Source: Nitrosopumilaceae archaeon (GTDB lineage: Archaea; Thermoproteota; Nitrososphaeria; Nitrososphaerales; Nitrosopumilaceae). From it: 64,000 nt of DNA. Each line of letters opens with the position of its first letter. Position 1 is the first letter of the stretch. The position numbers and the translations under genes were made by a program. Under the pieces are notes generated by a model that worked only from the letters and a program-made list of their open reading frames with translations, searched no databases and was not told the DNA's origin. Location: NCBI GenBank assembly GCA_965214835.1, contig CBDCCK010000002.1:896001-960000 (forward strand), written 5' to 3'. This document shows positions 49,449-61,662 of the stretch, piece after piece.

Positions 49449-50701
49449 TGATCTGGACCCCGTATTTTCGAACCACTTTTTGGGCGTTTTTGCGTAGCTC
49501 TGGCATCATCATTTGCCTGCCTCCCTTTGGTGCCGTACGACGAACTCCATCGGAGTGAGATATCCAAGTGAGGAGTGTATTCTGTCATGGTTATAGTCCC
49601 TAAATGCCTCCCTTATGACGTCTGAGGCGTCCTGGAAGGAGTCAAATTCATGGGGCCACAGGTATTCCCTCTTGATGCTTCCGTGAAACGACTCTATGTG
49701 GCCGTTTTGTTCTGGCGTCCTGTATGCTATGAGCTCGTGTCTTATTCCCAGCTGTTTCAGGGACTCCCTGAACATGCGCGACGTATACTGAGAACCGTTG
49801 TCTGTCCGCAGGGTCAGCATGCTGCAGTCCGGATCTGCTGCCGATACCGCATCGAGTACGGCCTGAACCGCATTCTCCTTTTGCGCCGTGGTATCAAAGG
49901 AGTATGCAAGCCACCTGCGCGAAAAGGCATCAAGTACGTTGAAACAGTAGCACCAGCCGTCCCCGCCGCAGTCCACGTATGTGATGTCTGCCTGCCACAG
50001 CCGGTTGGGGGCATCTGGCCTTGTAAGCTTGCGCGAGGCCCGTATTATGTCGTTTTTGGTCTTTTTGGGCTCGATCCAGCCTATCTGGCGGTAGATTCGC
50101 TGTATCTTTTTGCGGTTTACGCGCACGCCAGTCTCGCGCAATATCTGGTTTGCCATCCTCCGGGTTCCGTACGTCGGCCTTTTCTTGCCTATGGTACGTA
50201 TGATTGAGACCGTCCCGGGGTCGGCTTTTCTGGCTCGTCTGTCGGCGTCCTTCCTGGCGTAATACCAGGTGCCCTTTGAGACGCCGCAGTATTCCAGGGC
50301 TGTATTGAGGCTCATCTTCTGGTGGCAGATCTGTACGGCATTCATCCTTTGCTCAGCTCCATTGTTTTTTTTAAAGCGTCACAGGCCACTGCATACTCGC
50401 CTATGATGCGTTTGAGATTCTGGTTCTCCTTTTGCAGGGCAGCCGCTGCCTTGTCATTCCGGCCCAGGATGGATGCCTTGCCGCCCTCGACGAACCTGTC
50501 CATCCACCTGCCAAACGTGGTGGGCGCGATGTTGTGCTTGCGGCACAGCTCGGCAGTGCTGATGCTGGTCTTGATGGACTCCATCACTATGTCTGTTTTT
50601 TCGGCCAATGTGAACTTTTGTTTTTTCATGCCCCGTATGCCCTCCTGTCACATACAAATTCTACGCATTTGGGTGGTTCGAATTTTATGGGGTCCTCACC
50701 A
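49449..50701 (-). mobile_element. IS3-family element (orfA 50342-50629, orfB 49509-50345)
   Basis: TG...CA ends, TSD AGGG, A8 slippery run near the end of orfA; WQADITY, TDNGSQY and NGHIESFH. Confidence 0.93.
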
Positions 50702-50945
50702 AGGGCCCAGTCCGATGCTGCAGCCGTGGAGGACGGCGCCAAGGGGGACGGGAAAGAGCCCGGCGGCCAAAAGGGCCACAAGGGCACATCACATATCCAC
50801 CGGCCCACCAGGGTACAGAAACACTGCTTTCCGGGTGGACGGGCACCAGTGTGCAAGTGCGGCACCACCACGGAGATCGCAAAAAGACCGCAGGTGCGCG
50901 ACATGATGGGGTTTGAGATCGTACAACTTCAGGTCCTTTTTATAC

Positions 50946-51026
50946 TGACAGTCAAACATTTTTGGGCAGCATCTTATGATCAGATGCCCCTGCGAACATG
51001 GATGAACATCAGACATTTGTGATCAG
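50946..51026. repeat. ~80-bp repeat with an inverted copy at the window end (about 63920-64000)
   Basis: TGACAG...GGGCAGCATCTTATGATCAGATGCCCCTGC...CATCAGACATTTGTGA is matched in reverse complement by 63920-64000. Confidence 0.8.
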
Positions 51027-51146
51027 ATATTGCAGGTTTGGAATTTACGGGAGTGACATAATATCGGCATCTTGGTCAAAGAATTTCGATGGAAATCTTT
51101 TTTGATCTTGCCTGTCTGATGTAACATATGGACTCCAAAGCCGTGC

Positions 51147-54100
51147 TTGCACACTACGGATCCTGTAAAGGCACTTGTCATGATCATGGAGCAGGATGAG
51201 AAGATCTCCGGGCTGGAAAAAGAACTCTCTATTGTCAAGAAGGAGAATGCTGATGTCAAGAAGGAGAATGCTGAGCTTCAGGCAAGGCTTGCCATGTACG
51301 AGAGTCCCAACATGCCCACGCCCACGCCGTCATTAGACCTTATGCGTAAACGAAATTAGCGGCGATGCCCCCGGCGCACGGGCTACAAATGAGGCAAGTC
51401 AGGGCCGGCGCACGCGCGACTGTACCTTACAACGTTGAAAATATTTGATCAAAACCACAACTATTTTCAGACGATTGATTTAGATCCGGGATCCATTCTC
51501 GCATAAGAGTAATGGCAAAGTCCGAGACCGAGCAGATACGACTGCTGAAGAAGAGAATCGAGCAGTACGAGAAGGAGAAGGTACAGGACAGGAAGGAGAA
51601 GGCGCGGGACAAAAAGAAGATCAAGAAGTATGAGAAGAGGATCAAGAGGCACGAGAAGAAGAGCAGGCAGGAGAGGAAGGAGAAGGCGCGGGACAGGACG
51701 GAGAGGATGCAGTACAGGAAGGAGATCAGAGAGTACGAGAAGAAGAGCAGGCAGGACGGCAGGAGGCAGGAGCGGGATCAGGAGAGGATAGGGCAGCTGG
51801 AACAGCAGCTGGACGCCGAGCGCCGGATGTGGCCCGCAACCTGGGATGACGACAGGCGCTCCGCGGACAACGCCGCCCTCATGCACAGGCTCGAGGTGCT
51901 CGATGACATAATCGGTGGCGGGTCCCTGCAGCCCACCACGTCGATGAACCTCCGCCAGTTTGACTACATATATGACCGGTTTACGAAGCTTGCCAAAAAG
52001 CACACAGAAGGCCCCCTGTTCTCAGAAGACGAGGACAACTTGCCCGGAAACCGGTGCAAGCTGTCCTACCGCCACGCCCTGCTGATGTCGCTGATGCGCA
52101 AGTACGGAAACCCGACACAGGAGCAGCTTGCGGCATTCTTTGGCATAGACCAGAGCACCGTATGCAGGTACCTCAGGTATTGCGACATGATATTCACCAA
52201 GATACTGCCCACGCCGGACGCCGTATCGCGAAAGATACGAAACGCCCGCACGATCAAGGAAGTCAAGAAGATCGTCCCGGATCTGACCGTGATTGTAGAC
52301 GGCACGCACATCGACATACAGCGCCCCACAGACAAGGAGCCAAGAAAGGAGGCATACTCTGGCAAGAAGAAGAGCTTTACGCGCAACACCCAGGTGATTG
52401 CCGACAAGAAGGGACTGGCGATGTATGCAAGCAAGTCGGCGCCCGGAAGCACGCACGACCTCACCATGATAAAGAACAACCCACCGGATCTGGGAATCCT
52501 GACTGCCAGGATGCGCAGCAACAGAAAGCACCCCGAGGACGAGAAGGTAAAGATGTTCTCTGATCTGGGATACATGGGAATCGAGGAGGTGTATCCCGGG
52601 GCCACATCCGTGCAGCCCGACAAGAAGCCAAGGAAAGGCAAGCTTACAAAGAAACAGAAAGCGCAGAACAGGAGGATAAGCAGCAAGAGGGTGACAGTAG
52701 AGCACGCCATAGGACGGATAAAGCAGTACAAGCGGATGCGTGATCCGTACGACGGGACCGCCGAGGAGTTCGACAGGGAGTTCCAGGTGACGGCCGGGCT
52801 TGCCAACTTTAGGCTGCTGTGGGACAAGCGGAACAAGAAGCTCATGCATGGGTTCTGATACCACGATACGGAGCGCATTGCGGCGCCACACGATGCCGCA
52901 CTATACTGTAGTTTTTACCAGCTGTAATGGCTCGTAGCTGCACTATATACGGACTCTGCCGCCCTCATACACGTCATGTGATGCCGTCAGCCTTGCATGT
53001 ATGGCCGGCCACCGTCGGAATATTTCGATCCGGTCGATTACGCATAAGGTCTATTATACAATGATGCCAGAAGAAAGTTCAGGGAGAAAAGGGGCGAGGA
53101 TCCCGGCGGCAGTCCCGGCGATGCTGCTCGGGGCAAGAAACGCGGCCCTCCGTGCGGACACCATGGTACATCGCACGGCAACCGGCCATCCATGACATTA
53201 AGGTACGATCTTGGCTCCAAAATATGCCCAAAGTGCAACATCCAGTTACGGATGCTCAAGCCGATCCACAAGCTTGTCAACGACCTGGACGGTTTTATGC
53301 GCATGATTACTGCCAATGCCATCATCCAAAACGCGGTGTGTCCACAGTGCAATACCGTGCATGTCGCAGCTACCCCGTTTCTAAGCGGCACGTCACTTGG
53401 GCCCGTCTCACTCTCTCTAATCATGATGTTCTTTGAGAAGGGAAACACAGACGAGGACATTGCAGAGTACTTTCAGTATATGTTTGGATTCAGGATGGCC
53501 CCAAATACCGTGACTGCCGCCCGGCACGCAGTGGCAGAGGCGATTCAACAAAACATGATACAACGCATACAGTCGTTCATTGCGGGCAGGCCGTGGATAC
53601 AGATGGACGAGACCGGCTTTAAGCGCGGCGACGGACACATGGGATACGTCTGGGTGCTCAACTGTGAGGGGGCGTGCTTTGTGGTCTTTGCAGATTCCCG
53701 GTCCTCTGAGGTACTGCACACGCACTTTGGATGGCTGGATCCCAAGACTCCCATAGTCGTAGACGGGCTGGCCCAGTACAAGCTGTTCTTTGTGATAATC
53801 CAGAGGTGCTGGAGGCACCTTCTGGCATATGCAGAAAAGCTTGCAGTAAAGATGCCCGAAGGCGATAATGAGAAAAGGTATGACTTGCTGCTGGAATTTT
53901 ACAGGAAGATAGATAAAATCAAGACGCTTGCGCCGCTTACATGCATGGAGCTTTCCAGGGAAGTATACAAAATAATCAACCCGTATGAGGACGTTCACGT
54001 GCGTACACACCTGCTAAACACCATGCCCAACATGTTTACGTGTCTGGCGCATCGGGGAATGCCGCTGCACAACAACGATACGGAGCGGTGCATACGCGAC

Positions 54101-54463
54101 GGGATCATACCGCAGCGCAATGCGCGCCACAAGATCGTAACTGACGGGGGAAGAAAGACGGCTTCTGCACTGCTGACGTTCTCGATGACATGCCGCAAGC
54201 AGAATATACATCCTGCCGGCGGACTCTTGAAATACCTGCGGAATCCGGGCTGGGATATCTTTGCAGAAGCAGGAGATGATGATGCGCGCCTGCTGTACTC
54301 GCTTGTCAATACGGACGGTACAAGATACAGCGTCTTTGAGTGTCCCGGGCCGTCGCCGGCGTGGCCGCCTGTAGTCGATGATGACGCAGGCAGTGAAGGA
54401 GGAGCGGTACGCCGGGACCAGACGGCCGTCGTACCAGTAGCAGCTCCGATAGTAACAACATGA
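51147..54463 (+). pseudogene. IS66-family transposase interrupted by an ISL2-type element
   Basis: Excising 51335-53052 plus one ATT restores ...PTPS-L-YNDARRKF...; motifs MDETG, QRCWRH and HNNDTERCIR. Confidence 0.88.
51335..53052 (+). mobile_element. IS5-family (ISL2 group) element; transposase 51512-52858
   Basis: TIR AGACCTTATGCGTAA, TSD ATT; IVDGTH, YSGKKK, STHD, SDLGYMG and RVTVEHAIGRIK. Confidence 0.92.
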
Positions 54464-54767
54464 TCCGTCTGGCGCCTACGGGACGGCGTAACCCGTAGCT
54501 TCATGTCAAAGAATCCGACTGTGTAGGCAAGCCTGCCAGTCAACAACGCCTGGCAAATCTGACAATGCTGGTTTCCTGCAGGTGCCGTCTGCCAATAATC
54601 TGTTGTCTGCGCGCTGCCGGTCTTGCATATGCAAGGGACGTGTGATAATGATGTAGCGGGTCTGTCACAGCAGATGCAGAAGGATCAAAAAGTTCCGGGC
54701 AAAAAGTTTCCTAGTCAGTATAAAAAGGACCTGATGTTGTACCTTTGTTTTTGTTTTCGTCTTCTTC

Positions 54768-56027
54768 TGGTGAGGACCCCGCTAGAATAGGAACGCTTTT
54801 TCTCGCACACTTTTTGAATAAGGAGGTCGAATCACAAATATGACCAAGAAAACATGGAGTACACAGGACAAGATAGGGATAGTCATGGAACACCTTAACA
54901 CCAACATCGAAACAGCAGAGCTGTGCTGCCGCCACAACCTCTCCCCCAGGACGTTTTACCAGTGGAGGAAACGCTTTTTGCAGGGCGGACGCGCATCGCT
55001 GTCAGGCAGCGGCCCTGCAACGGCCAAAGGCAGGCTCCAAAAGGAGAACGAATCGCTTAAACATATCATCGGCGAATATGCCATAGCCAATGCGCTTTTA
55101 AAAAAAACCTTGGAGGCAGGCAAAAGGTGAACGTTGCAATACTGCCAAGGGAGAAGGGCTGGAGCATGGACAAAACCCTGCAGTACAGCGGCGCCTCCAG
55201 AACGGCGTGGTACCACGTAAAAAAGCAGCAAAGACCGACAGAACCGGATCCGCAAACGGTCTTGCTTGTCAGGGGGATCGGCGACAAGAGGCCCACATAC
55301 GGCACGCGCCGCATGGCAGCGCAGATATCCCGCCGGACTGGCGTGCCGACAAACCGCAAGAAGATACAGCAGATATACCGCAATATAGGCTGGATTGCAC
55401 CTCCTAAAAGGGCCAAAAACGACGTAATACGAGCCGGAAAAAGGGACAGGTTCAAGCCCACAGGACCAAACCGGCTGTGGGAGACTGACATCACATACGT
55501 CTGGTGCGGTGTTGATGGGTGGTGCTACTGCTTTAACGTAATTGACACGTTCACCCGGAAGTGGATAACATATGTCTTTGACACACAGGCCACCGCACAG
55601 GTCGCAGTCGAGTCACTGACAAGGGCAGTCTCTACAATCACGGCAGACGAGGCGCACAGGCTGCTGGTCAGAAGACGCGACAACGGCATCCAGTGCACGA
55701 GCCGCCAGTTCAAGGAGAGTATAAAGATTCTGGGAGTCCGGTGCGAGTACATCTGGTACAACACGCCAGAACAGAACGGCCATGTCGAGTCCTTCCACAA
55801 GACCCTCAAAAAGGAGTACGTCTGGCCGCATGACTTTGCCAGGTTCCAGGATGCCGAGGCCGTCTTGGCAGAGGCATTTGAGGACTATAACTCCAAGAGG
55901 ATCCACTCGGCACTGGGATATCTGACACCGGACGAGTTCGTCCGGAAAATGCAGGAGGTGCCGCAAAAGTGAGCGATCAAAGTGTGCATAAAATGTCGCC
56001 AAAATCGTTCCTACTTACAGGGGTTCA
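54768..56027 (+). mobile_element. IS3-family element (orfA 54840-55130, orfB 55127-55972)
   Basis: TGGTGAGGACCCC...GGGGTTCA ends, TSD CTTC, TTTAAAAAAAAC slippery site; WETDITY, DNG and NGHVESFH. Confidence 0.92.
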
Positions 56028-58407
56028 CTTCAACCTGTCAGGACGCGGACCGCTCCTTCTGCTTGTTGCAATACTGGCGCTTTCTGCCTATACGCACCTG
56101 TGGAATCCGGCAGGATTTCCAGTCTGGCACTTTGATGAGGGGATTTACATAGGTCATGCCTTGGACGCCATGGAACACAAGATACTGTCAGACATACACG
56201 ACCACCCGTTCCTTGGCTGGACGATGCTAGCGGGGTTCCTGCATTTCATTGGATATCCAGACTCCATTGTCACGTCCACGGATCCATTCTCGCCTGACAT
56301 GATTTACGGGGCGCCGCGCATCCTCATGGGCCTGCTTGCAGTCTTGGACACCTTTCTGATCTACAAGATAGCCGAGAAGGGCTTTGGGCGCAGGGCAGCA
56401 CCTATCGCAGCTGCCCTGTTTGCGGTAATGCCTGTATCGCTGATGCTCAGAATGGTCCTGCTGGACTCGATCCTCCTCCCGTTTATCCTGTCTTCAATCC
56501 TGCTTGCCATGCACGCACGTGGTTCTGATCAGAAGGGCGACCAGTCCCACGGGGGAGAGAAGGAACCGCTGCCACCGGTTCCGGGCAGGAAGACCCGCCT
56601 GCTGATTGTCCTGTCGGGCGTCTGCATGGGATGCGCCATACTGACCAAGATCCCCTCGTTTGCGATGATCCCACTGGTTCTTGTTTTGGTCTGGTCGGCC
56701 GGCAAAAGGCCGGAACGGATCCTGACGTGGCTTGTACCCGTGATCCTGATCGCGGCAGCATGGCCCGCGTCTGCCGCATTGGAGGGCGAGCTTGATCAGT
56801 GGATCAACGGCGTCCTGTGGCAGGCAGACAGGGACGGTCAACGCATGCTGGACGCGCTGCGGCAACACATACCGATAGCCCTAGTGCAGGGCCAGGATCC
56901 TGACATACTGACCCATCCTGCGATCCTGCTGGTGGCCGCGGCGCAGATGCTTGCAGTGGATCCTATCATGATGTCGCTGGGAACCGCAGGACTCGTCTTT
57001 GCGGCCGTCACGCGCAACAGGTTTCTGATATTGTGGGTCGTGCCCGTCCTCCTGTTCTTCGGATCAATCGGATACGTGGCGTGGTTCCACCTGGGAATGC
57101 TGTGGACTGCGATGTGTGTTGCCGCCGCCGCACTGATCCACAGTGTAATGGAAAGGACATCTGCGGGAAGGTGGGGTCCGAGGGGGCAGCGCACGCTGCT
57201 GCTGGCGACCGTACTTGTGATCACAGCGCTCGGCCTGTCCACGTCGGGCATGCTTGTACACTGGGACGCGGCATCTGCGTACTCTGAGGCGATATCCTTT
57301 ACACTGCAAAGATATGCGTACTCTGAGGTGGGAATACTTACTAAACCGTTTCCGGAATCGGCGATACCGGGCATCAACAATTTTACCAATTCCGGCATGT
57401 ACGTGACTGATTGGTACGCGCCACTGCAAAAAACCAAAAAGATCGTAATGATAGACTCTGCCGGCAGAATCAGCGGGTATCGGAACGTGGTGGAGGCGAC
57501 CAGCCGCGGCGTCGACAATGCCATACCCCCGGAATCAGATCGGCGTCAGCGGTATCTGGAGATATATGACGGCAGCGGCAGGGTGGCCGAGTTTGAGAGC
57601 CCCCCAAAACCTGACACACTGATACCGTCGATGGTTTTACCACGCGTCAAGCACGGCGTGGATGTGGCGGAGTGGAACCCGCCCGGGTGGGTCTCCCTGC
57701 CCACGTACGGTCCCGCCGGCCGGGCCCTCCACCTTGATGGCACCGCATACGTTACACTTGCCGCCACGCCCGGCCTCGATCTTGGCGGAACCGATCAGTT
57801 CAGCATAGCCTTTTGGATCAAAATACTGGGCTCAGGAGATCCCGACTCGCCGATCATATCAAAGGCGGACGCGGCCGGGCAGCGGGGTATCGTCGTGTGG
57901 AACAACCCCAACGGCAAGGTCTCCCTCCGGATGGCAGACGACGCGTCGAACCAGATCAAGGTCAATACATTCTCTGACCTATCGGACGGCCGCTGGCATC
58001 ATGTCGTGTTTACGTATGACGGCTCCGGGGACAGAGGCGGACTCGACGTGTACGTGGACGGACAGATCGACAACCTGCGCGGGCGCAGTACGTCGCTGAC
58101 CGGATCCGCCGCAAACGATCATCTGCTTGCAATAGGCGCCGGCAGCACAGGCAAGGGGCCTGCGCAGGATACCACATTGGATGGCATCATGATATACTCG
58201 ACACGGCTTCCTGCCGGCTACATATCTGGCGTTCATGAGTGCCACGTGGAGATGGCCACCGTACCGGCCGCCGGAGGAGGCGGCGATCATGCGTGCATGG
58301 GAGACTATGACGATGCACTCCTGGTGTACCTGGAGTTCGAGGGAGACCTGTCGGACTCCTCGGGCGGGGGAGGCGGCACGGCGCACGGGAGTGTCAGGTA
58401 TACATAG
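55969..58407 (+). CDS. ArnT/PMT-like GT-C membrane glycosyltransferase fused to a LamG/ConA-like domain
   Basis: HFDEGIY, DHPFLG, many TM helices and AILTKIP; C-terminal FSIAFWIK...DGRWHHVVFTYDG...VYVDG. The present start lies inside the IS3 end. Confidence 0.85.
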   Translation: MSDQSVHKMSPKSFLLTGVHFNLSGRGPLLLLVAILALSAYTHLWNPAGFPVWHFDEGIYIGHALDAMEHKILSDIHDHPFLGWTMLAGFLHFIGYPDSIVTSTDPFSPDMIYGAPRILMGLLAVLDTFLIYKIAEKGFGRRAAPIAAALFAVMPVSLMLRMVLLDSILLPFILSSILLAMHARGSDQKGDQSHGGEKEPLPPVPGRKTRLLIVLSGVCMGCAILTKIPSFAMIPLVLVLVWSAGKRPERILTWLVPVILIAAAWPASAALEGELDQWINGVLWQADRDGQRMLDALRQHIPIALVQGQDPDILTHPAILLVAAAQMLAVDPIMMSLGTAGLVFAAVTRNRFLILWVVPVLLFFGSIGYVAWFHLGMLWTAMCVAAAALIHSVMERTSAGRWGPRGQRTLLLATVLVITALGLSTSGMLVHWDAASAYSEAISFTLQRYAYSEVGILTKPFPESAIPGINNFTNSGMYVTDWYAPLQKTKKIVMIDSAGRISGYRNVVEATSRGVDNAIPPESDRRQRYLEIYDGSGRVAEFESPPKPDTLIPSMVLPRVKHGVDVAEWNPPGWVSLPTYGPAGRALHLDGTAYVTLAATPGLDLGGTDQFSIAFWIKILGSGDPDSPIISKADAAGQRGIVVWNNPNGKVSLRMADDASNQIKVNTFSDLSDGRWHHVVFTYDGSGDRGGLDVYVDGQIDNLRGRSTSLTGSAANDHLLAIGAGSTGKGPAQDTTLDGIMIYSTRLPAGYISGVHECHVEMATVPAAGGGGDHACMGDYDDALLVYLEFEGDLSDSSGGGGGTAHGSVRYT

Positions 58408-58742
58408 ACATTTATGTTAAAAACACCCGCTCAGAGCGGCGGCGCTTCAAGTTTCTTTTGATCCGTGCCTGTTTGGCCGCCGTATGATTTGGCTAACACT
58501 GCTTGGGGTGGTACGCACACCACTACGGCGGTCACATCATCACATCCTAATGCGGATCATTATTGGGTGGGTGGGGGCGCAGAGAGTTGATTCGAAATTA
58601 GCAAACTCTGATTATTTGTCAACGAATTTGTATAGAACGGCTCAAAACACCAACAAAATACAAACTATCTGTGCAATTACATGAAAAATTCACACTGTTT
58701 CTAATTTCGGATCATCTCTCAGGTGCATCTTCCCGGCTCCGG

Positions 58743-59921
58743 TCAGTCAGGATGATCTTGGGGGGGGGGGTGATGGTGGTGGGCCGAGTCGGGGATGTGC
58801 TGCGCACGGACGCCGCTTGCCTGGCAGTCCAGACTCACATTGCTGCACAGGCTCCTCATGTACCGATCCAGCTGTCTGCCTGACCGATCAATTGACAGTC
58901 TTTTGAGGTAGTGCAGTCGTCCTTGCATGGCAACGCGCCTCCGGAGGACGTCGTCGTCTCTCAGCTGCAAGATGCACCGGGCCAGCTCCTCAGGCGAGTT
59001 GGACTGCACCAGCATGCAGTTCTCCTTGTCGACCAGGCCGGCCTCGCGCGTCGTGGGCGTGCTTAACGTAATCAAGGGCTTGGCCGATGACAGGGCCTGG
59101 TTAATCTTGTTGGGCATGGATCCCTTCATCTTGTCGTTTATCTGGAACAGTCCGAGGCACACGTCGCTACCCTGTATGCATTCTAGCAGCGGTGACGACG
59201 TCAAGAGTCCTAAGAATCTCATGTTGGACAGGCGGTTTTGCTTGGCGTACTGTCTGATTTCGTCCTCGCCTTGGCCGCTGCCACAGAAGACAAACGTTAT
59301 GTCCTTTTCATCGGACAGCTGCCTGGCGGCCTTTGCTATGGCCTCTACGCCAGACATGGGAATGAACGTCCCAAAATACAGCACGACGAACTCGTCCGTC
59401 CTCTCCTTGAACGGAAGCGGCGCAAAAAGCGGCTCGTATGCGGCAGGCCAGAGCCGGCGAAACTTTTCCCTAGGCAGGCCATATTCCCTGACAAAGAATT
59501 CGATCTGAAAGGTGCTTTCCATCACTACCAGATCCGCCCACCTGCAGGCGGTTTTTTCTGCAAAGCGGACGAATTTTGCCCTCAGCGAGTTTTTGTGGAT
59601 TTTTTTGCGGTAGGTCACTAGCGTCTCGTAGATCAACAGCGTAGGAAAATACACGATCGGCTTTTTGTGGATCAGCTTGGCAAGCGGGAGCGTGACTATT
59701 CCCTTCCACGGGATTATCATCACGTCATAGTCGATTCTCCTGTGCTTTAGGAACAGCCGAATATACGCTCCAATGACCTGGCCGTAGGAATCGCAGTGCT
59801 CATGACACTCCGCCGTTTCATGTCCCTGCGACTCGCAGATTGCCTTTAGCAGCTCTCCACTATTGTTCGACGGAATACCGTTAGCCGATCTAACATAGGA
59901 GCCAAAGAGACACACCCTCAA
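58743..59921 (-). CDS. Glycosyltransferase family 4 (GT-B)
   Basis: VLYFGTFIPMSGVE, GSG, SDVCLGLF...MPNKINQALSSAKPLIT. Confidence 0.88.
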   Translation of the reverse strand: MRVCLFGSYVRSANGIPSNNSGELLKAICESQGHETAECHEHCDSYGQVIGAYIRLFLKHRRIDYDVMIIPWKGIVTLPLAKLIHKKPIVYFPTLLIYETLVTYRKKIHKNSLRAKFVRFAEKTACRWADLVVMESTFQIEFFVREYGLPREKFRRLWPAAYEPLFAPLPFKERTDEFVVLYFGTFIPMSGVEAIAKAARQLSDEKDITFVFCGSGQGEDEIRQYAKQNRLSNMRFLGLLTSSPLLECIQGSDVCLGLFQINDKMKGSMPNKINQALSSAKPLITLSTPTTREAGLVDKENCMLVQSNSPEELARCILQLRDDDVLRRRVAMQGRLHYLKRLSIDRSGRQLDRYMRSLCSNVSLDCQASGVRAQHIPDSAHHHHPPPQDHPD

Positions 59922-60124
59922 TGGTATTCAGAGCATATCTTGAAATAATATCTTTTCTGTTGCCATCGGGATTGGTGGCGATGGTGCGACATAATTTTCA
60001 TATAATACAATACGACACATATCTGGATTGAAAGAGTTTACCCCTCAGGCGACATTACTGGTCGGAGCATTCCTGATCACGCTTGCTGTGCCGTATCTCA
60101 TTGGAGGGGCAGACTCTCATCTGG

Positions 60125-60140
60125 ATTACGCATAAAGTCT
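60125..60140. repeat. Orphan ISL2-type right end
   Basis: ATTACGCATAAAGTCT, identical to the right end of MITE D. Confidence 0.8.
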
Positions 60141-60166
60141 AATAAAGACAAAATTTCCAAGTATTT

Positions 60167-61582
60167 CAGTACTTCCTAGATGTACTTTTGCAGACCCGAC
60201 ACGGCACCTCCGCTACTTTCCGCGATCGTTTACAAACGAGTCGGCCGCATCGACAATGCACGCGACAAACAGCATCATGGTAAACCCCTTCCCTCCTGCA
60301 AATCCGTCCCACTTGGATTCCACGTCTATGAACACGGCAGTCCTCCACAGGTTGTACAGTATGACAGACATATAGAACAGCAGCAGCCTGACGACCGGGG
60401 AATTGCTGCACGTCTTGCCCATTATCCCCTTGATCACCCTGAACCCGGTCTCGATTCCCCACCGACTGCGGTACTCCTCCGGTATCTGCTCAATGACTGC
60501 CTCTGCACTTTTAGCAGACATGTTGGTGGCAAAGACCAGATACCTGTCGGCTATGGTCTCTTCTGCCTTGTCCTTCTTTGCTGCTGCCGTGCCGTCCTTT
60601 TCTACCTCGTCCTTTTCCACAATGACTAGCCTGAATGTGGCGCTCTTGCCGTCCTTGTTGGTCATTGTATATTTTGATACCGCACCGCGTTCTCCGCGGT
60701 CATGCTCCTCTATTGCCGCCACTATCCTCCTGTTCTTGACGGCAGGCATGATGTAGCTGCCCGTGCTTGTTTCTGCAGCCCTCATGCAGTCCACGTTAAA
60801 GAACCCGCGGTCATACAGGAACGTCTTGATCCTCATCCCTGATCTGGACGCCTTGCGGATCATTTTAGGCACGAAATCGGCCAGTTTTGCCTCTTTTGGA
60901 AGCTGCAGCGAGGAAAGCACGAGGTCAGACCCGTCATCTGATCCTATTCCGTGCATGGTAATGTGCGAGAGAAACGTCGACGTGCCGTTCTTGGGCTTTG
61001 ACTTTCTGGCGATATCCTCCAGGCCCTTGCCATAGTATTCCACGTCGGTAACGTCCACTGCCACGACGTCCGTGTTGTGCAGCATGCCTGACCTGCGGGC
61101 GCACCTTACCGTATGCTGCAGCATGGAGCTGCACCACTTTTGCGCATCATCCAGGCTGACGCCCCGGATCGCCTTTAGGATCCAGTCCGGACTAGGCGTA
61201 CGGCAACTATACGCGCCGCCCTTGGAGGCAGCCCCGTCGTCATGCTGCTGCCTGCTGCATTTTGAGGCCCGCCTGCGAAGGTGCGTCACGGCAGATTCTG
61301 CAAACATCCTCCTCTCAGACATGAAATATAGAACGCGCAGTGCGTCGATGTGGTCATACACTGCGTTGCGACTCTTTGAGACGGCCAGCCCGAGCTTGGG
61401 AAACCGCCGTCGCAATGTTTTAAACTGTCTCGATGTTATGTCAAACTGGTGTGCAAACACGTCGTTTTGTGTTGGTATCATGATGATGGTTGGCACACCG
61501 CCTGATCTATAGTATGATGGTCAAAAAATCTCGGCAAATTGCGTAATTATCGTGCCTGCAAAAGTACATCGAGGAACTACTG
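60167..61582 (-). mobile_element. ISH3-like (IS4 superfamily) element; transposase 60213-61496
   Basis: IR CAGTACTTCCTAGATGTACTTTTGCAG / CTGCAAAAGTACATCGAGGAACTACTG flanked by ATTT; AVDVTDVEYYG, YDRGFF and YRSRWGIETGFR. Confidence 0.9.
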
Positions 61583-61662
61583 ATTTGTAAGTTGTATGGT
61601 TCCGTTTAGAGGCGGAGAGAAAAGAGACGCCACCCACAAAAAAATCAGTGTAATTTCCCTTA

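Larger units (their letters stand above)
49170..50920 (+). pseudogene. IS66 transposase 5' remnant interrupted by MITE B and IS3
   Basis: KTIREQGNRLRYYENENSPPSADSL...PGGQKGHKG...QVRDM closely matches the N-terminus of the copy at 18902-20152. Confidence 0.85.

Noticed and set aside
51560-51790. Possible CRISPR-like repeats
   Set aside because: These are in-frame coding repeats of a transposase coiled coil. No regular repeat-spacer array or cas gene was seen anywhere in the window.
52022-52891. Long antisense ORFs over transposases and core genes (also 61799-62668, 45657-46304 and others)
   Set aside because: These are shadow frames of well-supported genes and have no motifs of their own.
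58743-58800. His/Pro-rich GT4 tail with a poly-G tract as a phase-variation switch
   Set aside because: The tract lies after the catalytic domain, so slippage would change only a few terminal residues. It is probably read-through sequence.
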